From contig NC_057751.1 of the NCBI RefSeq assembly GCF_004010195.1, positions 1,035,968-1,099,967 of the forward strand: a DNA stretch of 64,000 nt. Reading direction: 5' to 3'. The position numbers were made by a program, and so were the translations under genes. Shown piece by piece: positions 48,784-63,279 of this stretch (position 1 is its first letter; every line of letters begins with the position of its first letter). The notes beneath the pieces are model-generated. The model had not been told where the DNA came from, made no database searches, and worked only from the letters and a program-made list of their open reading frames with translations. The stretch comes from Chiloscyllium plagiosum. Its lineage: Eukaryota.

Positions 48784-51454
48784 AGTCTAAGTTTAACAAC
48801 ATCCTACCTATCGCAGGAGATCAAAAATGAATGCAGTGTCACTACCGCACCAGTGTCCTGTACAGTCTCAACATGATTTCCCAACCCCCATATGCGATGC
48901 ACTGACCAATGAAGGCAAGCCTGCCAAATGCCTTCTTCAGCAAAAAATATCCATTTGGAATTTGTTTGTGATTAACCCGTGTTCCTCCGTTACATTATAT
49001 TTTCATTTTTGCGGTATATTTATTGCCCAACGGTGACATGATGAGGGATTAACTATTCATCAGATGTCAGTAGTCGGAGTTGACAGCAAAGTGGTGTGAA
49101 TCAGTAACAAGTGTGTTTAATATTCTCCCCCTTCGTCCGAAGTCACACCCCTTTCCAATCCCCTTTCACCCCCTGATGTTCATCAACCTATTTCAGCTCC
49201 CAGTCTGACAATGCCTCAATTTTAAGATTTTCATCTTTATTCCAAACTCCTCCCTGTAGCTGGAATATTCTCCTAATAATCCTTTGTGAAAAAGAACAAA
49301 GAGCAATAGATTCTGAAAATCAGAAACAAAGCCAGAAATTGCTGGAAAAACTCAGCAGGTCTGGCAGCACCTGTGGAGAGAGACCAGAGTTAACATTTCA
49401 GTTCCAGTGCCCCTTCATTAGTACAGAAGCCTTTTGTGATCTGAGTTCTTCACCAGTTCTGGCCTCTCACATGTCTCTGATCTGAATTACTCCACCATCG
49501 GTTCCATTGTCTTTACCTTTCTGAGCCTAAAACTTGAATCCTTTCCCTGCATCTCTCCACCTCTCTTTCCTCTTTCAAGTGCTCCTTGGTCAGTTTTTGG
49601 TCAGTTTTTGGTCAGTTTTCTCAGTATGCCCTCATGGTACAGTTCTTAATTCTCTTCAATTTATATTTCCGTGGGGCTCCTCAGGATGTTTTGCTGACAC
49701 CAAATTCAACTTAGTTTGTTGAATGTTGACACTATCTCTGACTAGAAACAGTCATCATATAAAATTTGCTTGGATAGACTTCACCTACACATGGAGACTT
49801 GCACTGCTCCTGATTGCTCACGGTGAGTAGCTGATGTCCTAACACGGTACTGCAGAACCTGTTTCAGTCTTTGGTACGTGGAGCTCATAATACCCAGGGT
49901 GAATGTTATGGATGAGGTGATGTCATGACCTCTGAGCTGCACAGATACAGGAAATGCTTGGTAACACCACATACATGAAGCAGCAGGGTGAGTTTAACAA
50001 ATAATCTCCAATCGCTGTATTATTCATCTATCACTCTCAATAAGTGGACCAGTGTCAGGCTCCTGCATTGAGAGCCCTTCTAGTTGAGTATCTGCAGTCC
50101 AGATTATTGTTACACCTCCCTGAGTAAGGGTCATTGTGGTCCCTAGCTCTGGGCCAGATAATCTGTGTTCAAGTCCGACCTGCTCATGACATAACACATC
50201 TGAACAGGTTGCTTAAAAGTATTGATAACTTCCTTAGTTTACTTGGCCAACAGAATATCATTAGATGGAGACAATGACCCTGATGTCAACATGATTTTGT
50301 TCTGACTCACCAAATGTTAGCACCTCCAACAATGTAACACACTTTCAGTAGTGCACAGGATGCATTAACCAGCGATATGTGCTAAGCCTTTGATTCTGTC
50401 TCAAAAAAGAGCACACTTTCCAATGCATACACTGCAGCTGTATTTGAGCTTGGAGAGCTGAACCTTCAGCTTTGATTGAGAGGTCTGGATGTGGCTCTTC
50501 AGTTTTCCAAAAAGACCTCCTTTTGAAGAAGCAAAACAGGAACCACCTCTGCCCTGAGACAGTGATCTGAAAAGACTACATCTTCCTCATATGTCCACAC
50601 AGGGCCTTTGAAGGCAAGCTGGCAATGCAGACACTCTAGCAACGAAAGCACAAAGTCTCACCGATCCACTGGAGGAGTGCAATGCTGCATGAAGAGGCAG
50701 GAAACATTTTCCAAGCCTACAGACTGTAAATTCCCCTTAAAGAAATCCCATCAAACCTTGGCCTTTTGTTCGGTCCCATTAGGGATTTATCAATCATGTG
50801 TGTTAAGGATTTTTATGGTCTGTTCCTTGCAAAAAGTGAGATCAGCCTGACTTCAAAGAGCCCCCCAAAACAGCAGTGTTTCAATTTGATGAACAGCAAG
50901 TGTTAGCTTTTCAGCAACTGAAGATTTATAACAGGGTATCCTGATGAGGAGATTACTTTTTCTCTTTGTTTTTTTGATGTGACTACCTGAATGCCATTGC
51001 TGTGGAGACAGACTGGCTGCTAAAATCTGTTTAACGAGCTCCAACCACTTTATTATGTTGTCAAAACTGCATCATAAAATTTAGCCAGAATGGTAGCTCA
51101 TTGTTTCCTCGCCTAAGTACCTCGATTACCCTGTTATCATAAGGTTGTAATTCAATGAGCAACTTCAACTGCTAAATTACTGGCCTGCAGGTGAATGAAA
51201 CCGTGTGAACAGTGCGATGGCTCAGAGAATGGGCAGTGACAGATGCCAAGTTAAAGTCAAAAGGATCAAGAGAAACAGTGGTGTAGTTGCTGTCGTCTGA
51301 GCTGCAAAAAGGTAAGGTTAAATCAAAGGATTTTATTCGATTTGAATTGGATTCTGAGCAGTTTTCATTCCAGCGTACTTACTCAGGATTAGGAAGTGAT
51401 TCAAGTCCACACCTGTGCCTCACAGGAAGAGAAAATAAAAGGGAAATAAAGAAA

Positions 51455-51870
51455 AGGACTTTACATAACCTCAGAATGCCTCAAAGCTCTTTACAGCCAA
51501 TGGAGTAGTTTTTCAAGTGTACTCACACTGTTGTAATGTTGGGAACACAATAGCTCAATGTTTACGTGGCAAACTCTCAGAAACACCAACGTGATCATGC
51601 CCGAATGACCTGTTCTCCCAGAGTTGCTAAAGACTTAAGTACTGGTCAGGATACTGGGAAAAACGTCCCTCAACCCCTTTGCAAATTGTGGTCATATTAT
51701 CTTGTATGTCCATCTGAGCAGGGTTCAGTTTAAAGTCTTGTCCACTAGCTGACATCTTGAATGGTGCCTCACAGTTGTACTAGAGTGTCAGTGTTATACA
51801 GAGAGTGGGGCTTGAACCTGGGACATTTTGTCTCCAAGGTTAGAGTACTTTCCACTGAACCTATTATGTC
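51455..51870 (-). mobile_element. DeuSINE-like SINE
   Basis: caaagctctttacagccaat..ttgtaatg tail and cttgaacc B box on the minus strand. Confidence 0.6.
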
Positions 51871-53504
51871 CAGACAGAGGGTTGACAATCTACTGTGAGA
51901 TATCATGTAGACCAAACATACACCGTAATCACAAAACCCTTATGTAGCATCTTTGCAGACAGGCAACATTCCAAGATAAATTAGACTGTCACATATGATT
52001 CTTATCTACATGAAATATGTCTTTGTACTTCAGCACGTCCAGAAATGTTTTTATTTGTCACATCTTCATTAATGCGGTGCACATTTAAGATATAAATTCA
52101 ACAACAATTTGCATTGCCATAGTACCTATAGTTTGGCAAAATGTCCCAAGAAATGTCATATGAGCATTATCAGGCAAACATTGTGAGCAAGTTACATAAG
52201 AAGATATTAGGACAGCTGACCAAAATCCTCATCAAAGAGGTAGGTTCTTAGGAGGAGGGAGAGTTGGAGAGGCAAAGAGATCTAGGAATGGACTTTAACA
52301 GCTTAGAGCCCAAGATCATAAAGGCAAGGCCATCTTGGGTGGAGTAACTACATTTGGGGATGCTCATGAAGTCAGAGTAGATACATTGGGTGGTTGTGGG
52401 ACTGGAGGAGATTACAGAGATAGAGACGAGAAAGGCCAGAGAGTGATTTGAAAATGATTCCATATCAGTGTCCTGAAATTTGATGAGAATTGTCAAAAAG
52501 AAGGACTGGTGAGCCCTGATTGGGCAGGAATATGAACCTGGAGTGATCTATTTCCTGGAATGAGTTCCAGCTTTAACTCATTTTCAACTCCAGAGTCGTG
52601 GCCTTAATTTGGACTGATAGGTGCACGAGTTTACATCATTTTATACGTGGCAAGGCTGAGGTGCCTGACTGCTCTGTCCTCAACTGACAGTTTCCTTTTG
52701 GAAACAACTTGAACAGTGCTGATCTGAGGTGGCAAAACCAGTTTCTCCAGATGGCGGAGCCTCTTTCACAAATGCTTCTGACAGGACCAATCTCCTTATA
52801 ACAAAAACTACTCAGCATCATCACTCCAACTGTCACATCAGTCTCAGTAGATCTCCTCTGGTCTCAGAGAGCCTAGCCAAGTGCTGAAAGATAAGACTTA
52901 ACTCTTTTTTTTACCTTGTGAAGAAAGAAGCAGAACTTCATTTAGCTCGCTCCTTATTAACATGTCTCGATTGGTGATTAAATCTTGGAGCCAACACGGG
53001 ATTTGTGGTTTGATTCTGTCTTTAAAGCTTTGTTGCTTTAGAGGGAGACATGCCAAGAAAAAAGTTTCCTCTCTTGCTGGCTGACGGGTCAAATTGAAAA
53101 GTAATTTGATTTCTCTGATAGAAATCTGCCAGCACCATGTTGCAGAGGGAGCACATTTGAAACCACAGAGGAAATTTCGAGTTCAATATATGCTGTTGTA
53201 GAATAATTCAGTCTTTCCACAGACACATAACGAGCAACGAGCAGCTTGATAGAAAGGCAAGAAACGGTTAAATTATGAGCACAGGTTGCATTGACTTGTC
53301 TTGAATTCCCTCGAATATAGGAGACTAAGGGGTGAACTGGTTGAGGTGTTAAAGATGATGAGAGGTATTGATGGGGGAGGAAGATATTCTAAATGTGTGG
53401 GGGACGGCAGAGCATTAAAATGTGAAATCAATCAGCAAGCATTTCTTCACACATAGTGAGGTTGGAAATCTTAATCTCTCTCTCTCTCTCTTCTGAGAAG
53501 GTTG

Positions 53505-53825
53505 CTGAGAGAAGTGATGCCCTGTCAATCCACAGACCCAGATGATGTTCTGGGAACCTGCGTTCAAATCCTGTCACAGCAGGACTTTTTATTGAATTCA
53601 GTAAAAATCTGGAATTAATAATCTAGAAACCATTGTCAGTTGTCGGAAAAAGCCATCTGGTTCACTAATGTTCTTTCGGGAAGGAAACTGCTGTCCTTAT
53701 TTTTGTCCTGTGACTCCAGACCCACAGCATTGTGGGTGATTCTCAGCATCTTTCTGGGTAATTAGGAATGGGCAATAAATGCAGGCCTAGCCAGCCACTT
53801 CATCCTGCGAAAGAACATTGAAAAA
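53505..53825 (+). mobile_element. Unclassified shark SINE
   Basis: gttcaaatcc B box, shared core, gggcaataaatg tail shared with LINE-X. Confidence 0.7.
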
Positions 53826-53867
53826 GAGTGGTGGGGGTAGGGTGCTGATGAAGAGAGGTCAGTTTTA

Positions 53868-54163
53868 GATTAGATTAGATTAGATTACTTACAGTGTGGA
53901 AACAGGCTCTTCGGCCCAACAAGTCCAGACCGACCCGCCGAAGCGCAACCCACCCAGACCCATTCCCCTAACACTACGGGCAATTTAGCAATTCACCTGA
54001 CCTGCATATTTTTGGACTGATTGGGAGGAAACCGGAGCACCCGGAGGAAACCCACGCAGACACAGGGAGAATGTGCAAACTCCACACAGTCAGTCGCCTG
54101 AGGGGGGAGTTGAACCCAGGTTTCTGGCGCTGTGAGGAAGCAGTGCTAACCACTGTGCCACCG
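53868..54163 (-). mobile_element. HE1 SINE
   Basis: (TTAGA)n tail at the left, V-domain, A box at the right. Confidence 0.9.
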
Positions 54164-56819
54164 TATGTGAAATTAGAGAGTAATAGATTTTAGTTGGCTA
54201 AGGCATTAGGAATGATGGAACCAAGGTGGTTAATTTGAGTTCAAATCTGGAGCAGCCTGAATTGGATGTTGGAACTGGAGCAGGGGATTGAATGGGGTGT
54301 CCTCTTTGTGGAATTGCGATTGTGGAAACTAATTTGATGGCATTTTTATACACTCCTGTTCCCTAGGCACGAGTTTGGATGCGAAGGGGTTGATCGTCAT
54401 GTTTGGTGAAGAATAGTCTGACAATTCAAAGCACCACAGAGTAAACGTTTGCCCATTAATCAGAAGCTAGTGAGAGTTCTTTAACTGCAATATATCAAAG
54501 ACACAGATCAAAGGTGAGGGAGCAGTAAATCTGCCTGGAATTCAAAGGAGAAAATTAAAGCACACAAACCATATGCAGTAAAGTCATGCTACTGGCAGCG
54601 TAATATCAAATATTGTTTCTGAACCTTTAAAGGGGAAGCTTTACTGACAATTCTCCCACAATCTCACCTTTGTGTAGTGTTCACGAGTGATAGGTTTAGG
54701 CCATTCTGTGTAACTAATGGGAATGCTATCCTGTGGGCTCTGTGATTTTTACAAAGAAAGATTTCTCGATTTGATGATTCAGCTGATAGAAGCCTATCTG
54801 CTGCTTAAACTCACATTTATGCCGTTTCTCTCTCCAAACCAGTGACTATTTCAACAAATGTCCAGAGTGAGCTGCCACTACACACCCTCAGCTCCTCCAA
54901 GTCCTGCTGCTCGTAACCTAACAGTGAAAACAATCCTCTTCACCTTTTGCTCTGTAGCCACTGAGCTTGGTATTAACATTTCCAGCTATTGGTTCAGACC
55001 TTCCCCAACTTTTCCTGTAATTTCCTCCATTTGCAAAACACTTGATGTTTCTCCAATACCAATCTCTCATGGACAGCTATCTGATTCCCTTCAGTCACTG
55101 AAAGCCACGCCTTCAGCTGCTAATGTCCAAAATTCTGGAATTCCCTTCGAAAACATCATCTCTCTCTGTCTCTTTCTCTCCTTCTGTACAGGAACAGGAT
55201 GAGAGCATTCAGCCACGCAAGCCTGAGGCCATTCAATCCCTCTTAACTGTTAGATTGGAATAGGAGGAGGCCATTCAGCCCATCGTACTCTGCTGTTTTT
55301 TTATGAGATGTCCAAATAGTCTTTGCCTCCACAGCCCTGCAAATGTTTCCCCTTCACGTCATTATTCAATTCCCCTTTGAAAGTGACTGTTGAGTCTGCT
55401 CCCACCACCTTTACAGGCAATGCATTCTTGACCATAGCAACCTCCAGCGTAAAAACAATTCCCTTCATCTGTCTGCCCTTTTGTTCTTTTGATCTTAAAT
55501 CCATGTTCCATCGCCAGCAAACCCTCCCACCTTTTGAAACAGTCTCTTCTCCTTCCCTTGAGCAAAACCACCTCTGAATTTTGAATACCTCTACACAATC
55601 TCTGCGGAATCATCTCTGCTCAGAATCCGAGTTTATCCAGTCTTTCCAAGTATCTTAAGGTTTCTCATCCCCGGTATTATTCTGATAAATCTACCCTGTA
55701 CCTTTGAAGCTGATTTATTTTCTGAATACAATTTAGAAAAGGGGTTCCGAAAATGAAGAACTGTAAAAATAGTGGACTGGGCAGTTTTGTAAAATGGATT
55801 GAGCTGGTAGTATTTTTTCAGCTGGCAGTAATGAAGAAGAAGCCTGTTATTTATAAACTGGTCGTTTCCAGTTTGCACTGGTCCAAGTTCTTCTTGGAGC
55901 TATTTTGAACTGATTTTGATTTTTACTCCTGATAAATCATTCCAAAACTACAGCCTGTCTGTTTAAGGAGGTGCCATTAGTGCCGAGGAAGAGCAGTGAA
56001 AAATAGATGTGTGTTTGGTGTTTGAATTGGGGTCGCTGCTCTGAGAGTGACTGCAGTAAACTTGAAATGTCCCTCAAATAGAGGGATCATTTACGAGCTC
56101 CCTAGGTATATAAAGTGAGTAAAACATAGACTTACATTTATATTGTACCTTACCTAACCTTAGGATACTTTATAACCAATGAAGCATGTTGTAAAATATA
56201 GTCAAGGCTGCAATGTCAGATGTGTGGCAGCCTACTTTCCACTGCAGGTCTGAGTGTCACCATGCAGTGAGCTAGTTCTGCTAAGGTTTCACTTTGAATA
56301 CTGGATCCTGTTCTGGTCACACACATGTCTAGCTTCTTTTACAGGGCTTACAGTCTTTTCCCCCTTCGTGGACTTACCCATCTCTTTCTTCACTCCCATT
56401 TCCCATTTCCCGAATATGTTTCACTGGGTTGATGGAAATTTTTCCCATTTCTGCATCCCAGCTTTCCGTCAGCCAGAGACTGGGACAGGGTGTTACACCA
56501 GAATCAACAGCCTGTGGTCAGGGCCTGGAGGGTGAAATCTGTAACACTGCCTCCTGCCTTCACTTTGCATTCCTGGGTGTCAGCCACTCTGGAATATCTT
56601 CACCCAACTGGCCCCACTTCTTCAACTCCCTCTACTCCTCAATGAGATGTGCCCAGTGGGGAGCAATTTCAGCTCAGAGGTCAGAAAGTTCAACTCCAAA
56701 GACCTGAGCACATAATCCACACCAATACCGAATCTAATGCAGTACTGAGGGACAATCGTATGGTCTGATATGCCGGTCTGCAGATGAGCTGTAAAACCAA
56801 TACCTGCAGGGTCTGCCTA

Positions 56820-57820
56820 CTGACATATTTATTTGATTTTCAAAGATGTAACTAATAAGGTGCATGTCATATACTTGGTTTCCAAAAGGCATTTGGAAAT
56901 GTGCCACACGCAAGGTTAGGACATAAGATAAGTTCTTGTGGAGTTGATATATTAGTCTCTACAAAAGATTAGTTAATGGACAGAAAGTAAAGAGTAAGGA
57001 TTAATGGTGCATTTCTGAGTTAGCTGTGGCTAATGGAGTGCCATAAAGATCAGTGCTGGGGCCTCAGCTATTTACCATCTATATTGATGCCTTACATGAA
57101 GAGGCAGAGAGTATTGTATCTAGGTTTGCTGATTGTACAAAGCCAGGTGTATTGGAACTGTAAAGAAGACACAAAGAGGCTGCAACTAATAGAGACGGGT
57201 CAAGTATATGAGGCAGGTGAAGGATTATAATAGGCAAATAGATATGATTCACTTTTGGTCAGAAGAGTAGAAAAGCAGAATTTTTAAAAAAGGCGTGAAA
57301 TCCTATAAGTGTCGATGTTCAGAGAGCTGTAGTTGTACTTATCTAAGGAATACCCAAATTCACATGTAGCAACAGCAAGCAATTAAAAGTCCTGCTGAGT
57401 TGTGCAGGGATTTGGGGGAGGCTACACTTGAAATAGTGTGCATCTATATTCTCTGAAGTAAGAATGAGAGGTGATCTTCTTGAAAAGTACAGGATTATGA
57501 AAAGGCTTGACCAGGACAGACACTGAGAAGTTTTTTTCTGCTGGGTGAGGACTCAGGAACAAAGGGTGTATCATTTCAGACAGAGATGAGGGCTGAAATT
57601 TCATCACTCAGGTTTTTAAAAATGCTGTATCCAGAGCATTAAGTGTGTTCCATCTTTAAAGACACTTAAATCTGGGATCTACTGATCTTTGGTTTCTTGG
57701 GAATCCTTGGGATGTGAGGATCTGCTGGAAAAGTGAATTCAAAATCCATATTAGTCATGACCATGTTGAATGAACAGAGCGAGCTCGATGGGCCAAAAGG
57801 CCTTCTTCTGCTTATATTCT
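56820..57820 (+). mobile_element. Old degenerate CR1
   Basis: caaaaggcattt, ggagtgcc..gatcagtgctggg, tttgctgat remnants. Confidence 0.65.
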
Positions 57821-59069
57821 CCAGCCTGGGACATGCCACACATTCGCAGGGGTGGGGTGGGGAGGATGTTTACTTTCTGAGGCTTGGCTTATCGCCGAGA
57901 GTGGGGTGGGGAAGGAGGGGGCTGGCTGCAGGGGATGGTGGTGGTTGACAGTGAACTGTGCAGATCCCAACCACCGTGTTGTTCAATGCTGATCGCTGGA
58001 GTTTTGGGATTAAGATGTGAACTCACACCCTTCAATTTGGGAAAGTCTGTGAGTTCCTGAAGCATTAATCATGAGCTCAACTGAGGACTTTTACAACATA
58101 CAGCTGGGGAAATGCTGACCCTTTGATGATGAATGAGTTGTGTTTAAATAGATGCTCTCCAGATCACAGACAGTGTAAGGTCTGTCTGCTTGTGGTAAAC
58201 TCACAGCAATCAGCCTTGTAAATTGAAAGAGTTTGAAGATTACCTTTGTTCTACCAGCTAATGAAGGGGTTATTCCAAGCTTCACTTCGAAATAGGTTGA
58301 AATACTTGTAAACAGTGATTAAACCAGGACTTGCCTCAAACAAAATTCTGCATTGCAGGGGTGTGCAAAACATTTCGATCTTCAGATCAGCTCACCAGTT
58401 CTCGTTCAGACGCCAGGTGTTCAGATCCTTCCAGAGTCTCACCCCCCCCCCCCTATCTTTGGATCCTCTGACCCTCCATGTTCCTTCGAGATCTGTGCAT
58501 TCCTCTGACTCCATTCTCTTGTTTATCTGACTCACTCTCTCCCAGAAAATCATTGGCGACTGAGCCTTTAGCAATACCTCGGATGTCATGAGCAGACGTT
58601 TTTTCAATTTGTTGAGAATTTGAGCTGCTATTCTCCTGGTGTGACACTTTACTATGAAACAGGTTGGTTAGAAAAGCCCAATATTATCACCAGTGTGTCA
58701 GCTGCAGCATCGTTGCTTCCAAACCTTCAATTATTTGTCAAGGTTTGGAAAGATTCCCATTTATAATTCAACTTGGGTGAACTATGAACTTTCACTGCGA
58801 TAAGACTATCTGTTTGGTAGCAGAGTCATTGTTACAAAGACAAATAACAACATCCTAAATTTGCATGACAGTAAAGCATCCCAAAAGGCACACTTTTAGG
58901 AGCGTAAACTGATCACATTTGACATTGAATGTAAGAGAGCTGTTTGTTCAAATGCTGGCCAATTTTGATATTTGCAGCCCAATACAAAATAAGAACTTGT
59001 CGCAAGCTTTTTGTTTCTGAAATTGAATTTGCACTTTTCACAGTTATCTTTATATGTCTCCAAATCCAA

Positions 59070-60435
59070 TGCTTCACTACTCACTCGCGGGACGTGTGCA
59101 TCGCTGGCTGCGCCAACTTTTATTGCCCCATCCACGGTGGCCTTTGGGAAGGCAATGGTAAGCTGCTATCTTGAACTGTTTCAGTCCACATGCTGTAGGT
59201 TAACCCACAATGTCCTCAGGGAAGGAATTCGAGGATTTTCACTCAGCAACAGTGAAGGAACAGCAATATATTTCCAAGTCAGCATAGTGAGTGGCTTGGA
59301 GGGGAACTTGAAGGTGGTGATGTTCTCATAGAACATTGCAGCACAGTACAGGCCCTTCGGCCCTCGGTGTTGTGCCGACATTTTATCCTATTCTAAGATC
59401 AGACTAACCTACATACCCTTCATTGTAATATCTTCCATGTGTCTATGCAAGAGTTGCTTAATTGTCCCAAATATATCTGACTCTCCTACCACTGCTGGCA
59501 GTGCATTCCAGACACCCACCACTTTCATGTATCTGCTGCCCTTGTCCTTCTAGATGGAAGTGGTCTTGGGTTTGGAAAGTGCTGTGTGAAATTCTTTGGT
59601 GAATTTCTGCAGTGCATCTTGGAGATAGTACAGACTACGATGGATGGACTGGATGTTTGTGGATGTGGTGCCAATCAAACAGGCTGCTTTGTCCTGGATG
59701 GTGTCAAGCTTCTTGAGTGTTGTTGCAGCTGCCCCCACCCAGGCAAGTGGGCAGTATTCCATCACCCTCCTGACTTGTGCCTTGTAGATGATGGACAGGC
59801 TTTGGGGCGACAGGAGGTGAGTTACTCACCGCAGTGTTCGAAGCCTCTTGTAGCCACTGTATTTAAATAGCAAGTCCAGTTGAGTTTCTAGTCAGTGGTA
59901 ACCCCCAGGATATTGACCAGTGATGATAACACCTTTGAATGTCAAAAAGTAGTGCTTCGATGGTCTCTTACTGAAGGTGGCCATAGTGTGGCATTGGTGT
60001 GGCCTGAATGTTACTTGTTACTTGTCAGCCCAAGCTTGGATATCGTTGCATTTGAATATGGACTGCTTCAATATCTGAGGAGTCACAAATTATGCTGATA
60101 TTATGTAATCCTTGGTGAACATTCCCACTTCAGACCTTATGATGGAGGGAAGGTGATTGATGAAGCAGCTGAAGATGGTTGGGTCTCAGACAGGACCCTG
60201 AGGAACTCCTGCAGAGATGTCCTGGAGCTGAGATGATTGACCTCCAACAACCACAACCAACTTCATATGTGCCAGGGGTGACTTCAACCTCTGGGAGTCT
60301 GCCTCCTGATCCCCACTGATTCCAGTTTAGTGAGGGCTACTCAAAGCCACACTTGGTTGAAGACAGCCTTGATGTCAAGGGCTGTCACTCTCACTCCCCT
60401 CTGGAATTCAGTACTTTTGTCCATGTTTGAACCAA
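59070..60435 (-). mobile_element. LINE-X 3' portion with nested CR1 tail (59326-59525)
   Basis: Minus ORF MMEYCPLAWVGAAATTLKKLDTIQDKAACLIG. Confidence 0.8.
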
Positions 60436-61342
60436 GGCTGTAATGAGGTCAGGAGGTCTTAGAACATAGAACAGTACAGCACAGAACAGGCCCTTCAGCC
60501 CACAATGTTGTGCCGACCATTGATCCTCATGTATGCACCCTCAAAAGCCTGTGACCATATGCATGTCCAGTAGTCTCTTAAATGTCCCCAATGACCTTGC
60601 TTCCACAACTGCTGCTGGCAACGCATTCCATGCTCTCACAACTCTAAAGAACCCACCTCTGACATCCTCTCTATACATTAGTTACCCAATGTTACAGTAA
60701 AGACTGTCTCCAAATCAGTGTTGCAAACAATTTAAAAAGCATTCATGTTTCCTTGTGTCTTCTTGAAGAATTGCCTCAAGGGCTCTTTTGCAGTTGCCAA
60801 ATAAAGAAAAACTTCTACCTGCTGGTTTACTATCACTATGTACGTATCATGAACTGATTTCCGAATGGGAAGCTCCTTCAATAGCCTTTGTTTTCTGTGG
60901 GTATGTCATTATATCATTACTGTTACAATAATACTGTTACAAGAACCAAACATATTCCTTTGTGAATTTACACCTCCCATTTAGGAGGAGCCCTTCAGCT
61001 GGATGCATTCAAAAACTGCTCATGTTTCTCAACCAGTTTATAGAGTGTTCATCAATATATGGCATATGGAATATGAAGGCTTATAACGCCTCTAAGATTT
61101 TGGATGTAGATGTTGGAAAATCTCTAGAGCCCAAATGGTAGTCTGTTGCAGCCAAAGCTTTTAAACGGAGTTCTAAGTGTGGTAAGCAAACTTGATTGCC
61201 TATCCAATAGCAATTGTCAGTATGCACTGTTTCCATTAAGCCTCATAAAGACTCTATTTTTGAATATTTTGGCTCAGGTTTCATTTACTATAGACATAGG
61301 ATGGCATTGTTCTGTTGAGCTTCATCAGGCCAACATAAATTC

Positions 61343-62052
61343 ATGATTTGGAGATGCCGGTGTTGGACTGGGGTGTACAAAATTAAAAATCACAACACCA
61401 GGTTATAGTCCAACAGGTTTAATTGGAAGCACACTAGCTTTCGGAGCATTGCTCCTTCATAGGTGGTAGTGGAGGGCTCAATCCTAACAACGGATGAATG
61501 GGCACCGCACAACAAATCAATAGACAGGAGTGTTCCCTCCCAGTTGGGGAACACTTCTGTGGTTCAGGACATTCAGTCTCGGACCTTCGGGTGACCATCC
61601 TCCAAGGTGTACTTTGGGACAGGCCGAGCAGAGGCTGATAGCTAAGTTCGGTACCCATAGGGAGGGCCTCAACCGAGACCTTGGGTTCATGTCACATTAC
61701 AGGTGACCACCATTGCACTATACACACACAGATATTCTCACACACACACACACACACATATACACAGACGCGCACACAGACACCCACACACACTCCCACA
61801 CATGCACCCCCTCACAGACTTAAGACACTCTGCACTCACTACACACACACACACTCACAACCCCTACCCCAGACAGACACAAACACACAGACAAATCCCA
61901 CATGCACACATATATTTTGTGTGGTGAATTTGTACTTTCTGAGTTACTTTGCACTTTGCTCAAAAACTGCATATATTCATGTAGAACTCTGAGCTCAAAA
62001 ACTGCATGAATTTATGTAAAACTCGGTTATCTCACTTTTTAGATTAGAATCA
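61343..62052. mobile_element. PLE family-C element with opposed segments
   Basis: Minus pLTR 61343-61470, then plus-strand GIY-YIG end (RMNGH..PVGEHF) and CA-rich 3' region. Confidence 0.82.
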
Positions 62053-63010
62053 NNNNNNNNNNNNNNNNNNNNNNNNNNNNNNNNNNNNNNNNNNNNNNNN
62101 NNNNNNNNNNNNNNNNNNNNNNNNNNNNNNNNNNNNNNNNNNNNNNNNNNNNNNNNNNNNNNNNNNNNNNNNNNNNNNNNNNNNNNNNNNNNNNNNNNNN
62201 NNNNNNNNNNNNNNNNNNNNNNNNNNNNNNNNNNNNNNNNNNNNNNNNNNNNNNNNNNNNNNNNNNNNNNNNNNNNNNNNNNNNNNNNNNNNNNNNNNNN
62301 NNNNNNNNNNNNNNNNNNNNNNNNNNNNNNNNNNNNNNNNNNNNNNNNNNNNNNNNNNNNNNNNNNNNNNNNNNNNNNNNNNNNNNNNNNNNNNNNNNNN
62401 NNNNNNNNNNNNNNNNNNNNNNNNNNNNNNNNNNNNNNNNNNNNNNNNNNNNNNNNNNNNNNNNNNNNNNNNNNNNNNNNNNNNNNNNNNNNNNNNNNNN
62501 NNNNNNNNNNNNNNNNNNNNNNNNNNNNNNNNNNNNNNNNNNNNNNNNNNNNNNNNNNNNNNNNNNNNNNNNNNNNNNNNNNNNNNNNNNNNNNNNNNNN
62601 NNNNNNNNNNNNNNNNNNNNNNNNNNNNNNNNNNNNNNNNNNNNNNNNNNNNNNNNNNNNNNNNNNNNNNNNNNNNNNNNNNNNNNNNNNNNNNNNNNNN
62701 NNNNNNNNNNNNNNNNNNNNNNNNNNNNNNNNNNNNNNNNNNNNNNNNNNNNNNNNNNNNNNNNNNNNNNNNNNNNNNNNNNNNNNNNNNNNNNNNNNNN
62801 NNNNNNNNNNNNNNNNNNNNNNNNNNNNNNNNNNNNNNNNNNNNNNNNNNNNNNNNNNNNNNNNNNNNNNNNNNNNNNNNNNNNNNNNNNNNNNNNNNNN
62901 NNNNNNNNNNNNNNNNNNNNNNNNNNNNNNNNNNNNNNNNNNNNNNNNNNNNNNNNNNNNNNNNNNNNNNNNNNNNNNNNNNNNNNNNNNNNNNNNNNNN
63001 NNNNNNNNNN
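62053..63010. other. Assembly gap
   Basis: Run of N. Confidence 1.
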
Positions 63011-63279
63011 TCGAATTCAGCACCGCCTTCCTAACCTGAGATCTTCTTCCCGACCTCTCCGCCCCCACCCCAGTCTGATCTATCACCCTCACCTTGACCT
63101 CTTTCCACCTATCACATTTCCGACGCCCCTCCCCCAAGTCCCTCCTCCCTACCTTTTATCTTAGCCTGCTGGACAAACTTTCCCCATTCCTGAAGAAGGG
63201 CTTATGCCCGAAACGTCGATTCTCCTGTTCCCTGGATGCTGCCTGACCTGCTGCGCTTTTCCAGCAACACATTTCCAGC
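63011..63279 (+). mobile_element. PLE family-A arm
   Basis: Reverse complement of ~39400-39668. Confidence 0.88.
63186..63221 (+). ncRNA. Minimal type-I hammerhead ribozyme motif (PLE family A)
   Basis: CTGAAGA (63190)-A-GGGC-TTAT-GCCC-GAAA-C-GTC; palindromic ACGT helix III. Confidence 0.7.

Noticed and set aside
49586..49618. (TTGGTCAGTTT)x3
   Set aside because: Ordinary slippage duplication in old repeat-like sequence.
58546..58662. Exon-like segment with a good acceptor and a weak donor
   Set aside because: Stops in all three + frames; no support beyond the splice-like motifs.
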